Origin: Toensbergia leucococca
Taxonomy: Eukaryota
DNA length: 37,501 nucleotides
Reading direction: 5' to 3'
NCBI GenBank assembly: GCA_022813965.1
Contig: JALDZS010000213.1
Span: forward strand, 1-37,501
Below, in pieces: positions 35,699 to 37,501 of the stretch (within the stretch, counting starts at the first letter, position 1; each line of letters opens with the position of its first letter). Below the pieces are notes generated by a model, which saw only the letters and a program-made list of their open reading frames with translations, was not told the DNA's origin and made no database searches. Made by a program: the position numbers and the translations under genes.

Positions 35699-36836
35699 AT
35701 GGGTCGTGGACCGTAAGTACATCTCCTTATGTCTCTTCAAAGTATCTCGGTCATCAAGAGTTGAACAGCGTATCCAAGCCTCGCTGAATCACAGCCATTG
35801 ATCCATTTCTTGCTGACCTTGCTTTTCACGTCCAGGAAGAAGCATCAAAAGCGACTCAGTGCGCCCTCGCATTGGCTTCTAGACAAACTATCTGGCGCCT
35901 ACGCTCCTCGCCCTTCCCCCGGTCCTCATAAACTCCGCGATTGCATGCCCCTCATCGTGTTCATTCGCAATCGGTCAGTAATCTCTACACAAAAATACCC
36001 AAACCACGGAATTTGCAGGGACTAATTCAAGTCTCTACCACGCAGTCTAAAGTATGCGCTCAACAGCCGCGAGACCAAAGCCATTGTCATGCAACGCCTC
36101 ATCAAGGTCGACGGCAAGGTTCGCACGGATGTCACCTACCCTGCCGGCTTTATGGACGTCATCTCAATCGACAAGACCGGCGAGCACTTTCGACTCATTT
36201 ATGATACCAAGGGTCGCTTCACGGTTCACCGAATTCAAGCAGAAGAAGCGGAATACAAGCTAGGAAAGGTCAAGAGGGTGCAGCTAGGCAAAGGAGGAAT
36301 CCCATACTTGGTTACGCATGATGCGCGAACGTGAGTTTGCTGCATTGATTCAGTCGTTGGACCAAGTCTTGGTGGTATTCTAGGGATGCATGCTAATCTA
36401 GCAATGGGATGCTGATAGAATTCGCTACCCTGACCCAGCCATCAAGGTCAACGATACCGTCAAGATCGATCTCGCAACTGGGAAGATCAGTGACTTCATC
36501 CGCTTCGATACTGCTGTCATTGCTATGGCTACCGGTGGACGCAATATGGGCCGCGTCGGCGTTATCACTCATCGGGAACGCCATGATGGAGGCTTTAATA
36601 TCGTCCATATCAAGGATGCTATAGATAATTCCTTCGCCACGAGAGAAAACAATGTCTTCGTCATTGGACGGGAAAAGCCGTGGATTAGTTTGCCAAAGGG
36701 GAAGGGTGTGAAGGTACTTCACCATTATAATCAGGCAAAATACCATCCTAGTAAAACTGCTGACCAACGTTTCTTATAGCTTACGATTGCGGAAGAGAGA
36801 GATCGTCGTCGTGCTTATGCAATTGCGGGCCAGTAA
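35699..36836 (+). CDS. RPS4: 40S ribosomal protein S4 (eS4); exons 35699-35712, 35836-35973, 36046-36330, 36419-36713, 36780-36836
   Basis: [25 protein letters not shown]...[11 protein letters not shown]...[22 protein letters not shown]...THDART|IRYPDP...[10 protein letters not shown]...[23 protein letters not shown]. Confidence 0.98.
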
Positions 36837-37501
36837 AGTACTTTCAGATTGTGTTGGCGACAGTGCAGAGGGTGATTGAATTAGCCGTATGTCGTCTAAA
36901 CTCGGGCTCTGATGGTCTAGCTAGTATCAAAATCTGAGCCTTCTACAAAATCTGAGCAGTAATTGATGCAAAAAGACGCTGTAGCTCCAATCTTGAGAGC
37001 GCTGGAGCTAATCCTTCAATGTACCATGGTCTGTGCCGGAAAGTGTACAAATCAAAGCTTCATGGAAGGATTATCCTTCCCTCTCTCACCATATCTACTC
37101 AATATATTCCTAAATTGAAATCAGGATGATCTCACAACAATAGCAGGACTTTCTTTCAAAGCCACAACTTAGACATAACGCAGACTCGAGGACGACTACC
37201 TCCCAACCACATGCTTACCGAGTACTCGTCCGCCAATCGAAAAAGAAAAGCTCGGATTTGGAGTCTCACACCTCACTCAAGCAAACATCTAACATAAACC
37301 ATCTCAACAAATGTCACTCCACACAGACATCACAGAAGGCTTGAGAAAAAGAAAAGACCAGATCCGCCATCACAAGACCCATAAAACCCCCCAAAAACAA
37401 GTAAATCACCAAACACAGCCATCCAACCCCCCTTAAAAACAACCTCACCACTTCCACTACCCGCCCACGTAGACGAAACCCATCAAGTTCCAAAACCCCC
37501 C

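Noticed and set aside
37270..37501. 3' end of a minus-strand gene at the right edge
   Set aside because: Composition fits a gene end, but two frames are equally plausible (GFWNLMGFVYVGG* or VLELDGFRLRGRVVEV) and too little sequence is visible.

Overview
Eukaryotic DNA from a filamentous ascomycete (Pezizomycotina). It has short introns with CTRAY-type branch points; the composition is reminiscent of lichen-forming Lecanoromycetes, but that is inference. Conserved genes are a Sos7-type kinetochore protein, an RS-rich conserved protein, pantothenate kinase (with a GC-AG intron), a PAQR/Izh receptor, RPL37, ELP6, a SAD-1/Rdp1-type RNA-dependent RNA polymerase, a large helical/coiled-coil protein and RPS4. 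Decayed genes are a cytochrome P450 pseudogene and an O-methyltransferase fragment at the left edge. The most interesting content is not visible in the ORF track. (1) Two tandem, highly diverged spliced paralogues share a helical N-terminal module ending in F-T-x(2-3)-Q/N-W-R-K plus a basic tail, and a C-terminal beta-grasp/PB1-like module; a third orphan gene ends in a similar module. (2) A hidden two-exon ~119-aa microprotein gene carries an SH3/KOW-like 'GPY' domain. (3) Sharp C/A-rich to G/T-rich strand-skew switches recur and rewrite synonymous codon use within exons. I saw no tRNA, rRNA, CRISPR array or intact transposon. Exon boundaries were derived by hand and fold assignments are pattern-based inference.
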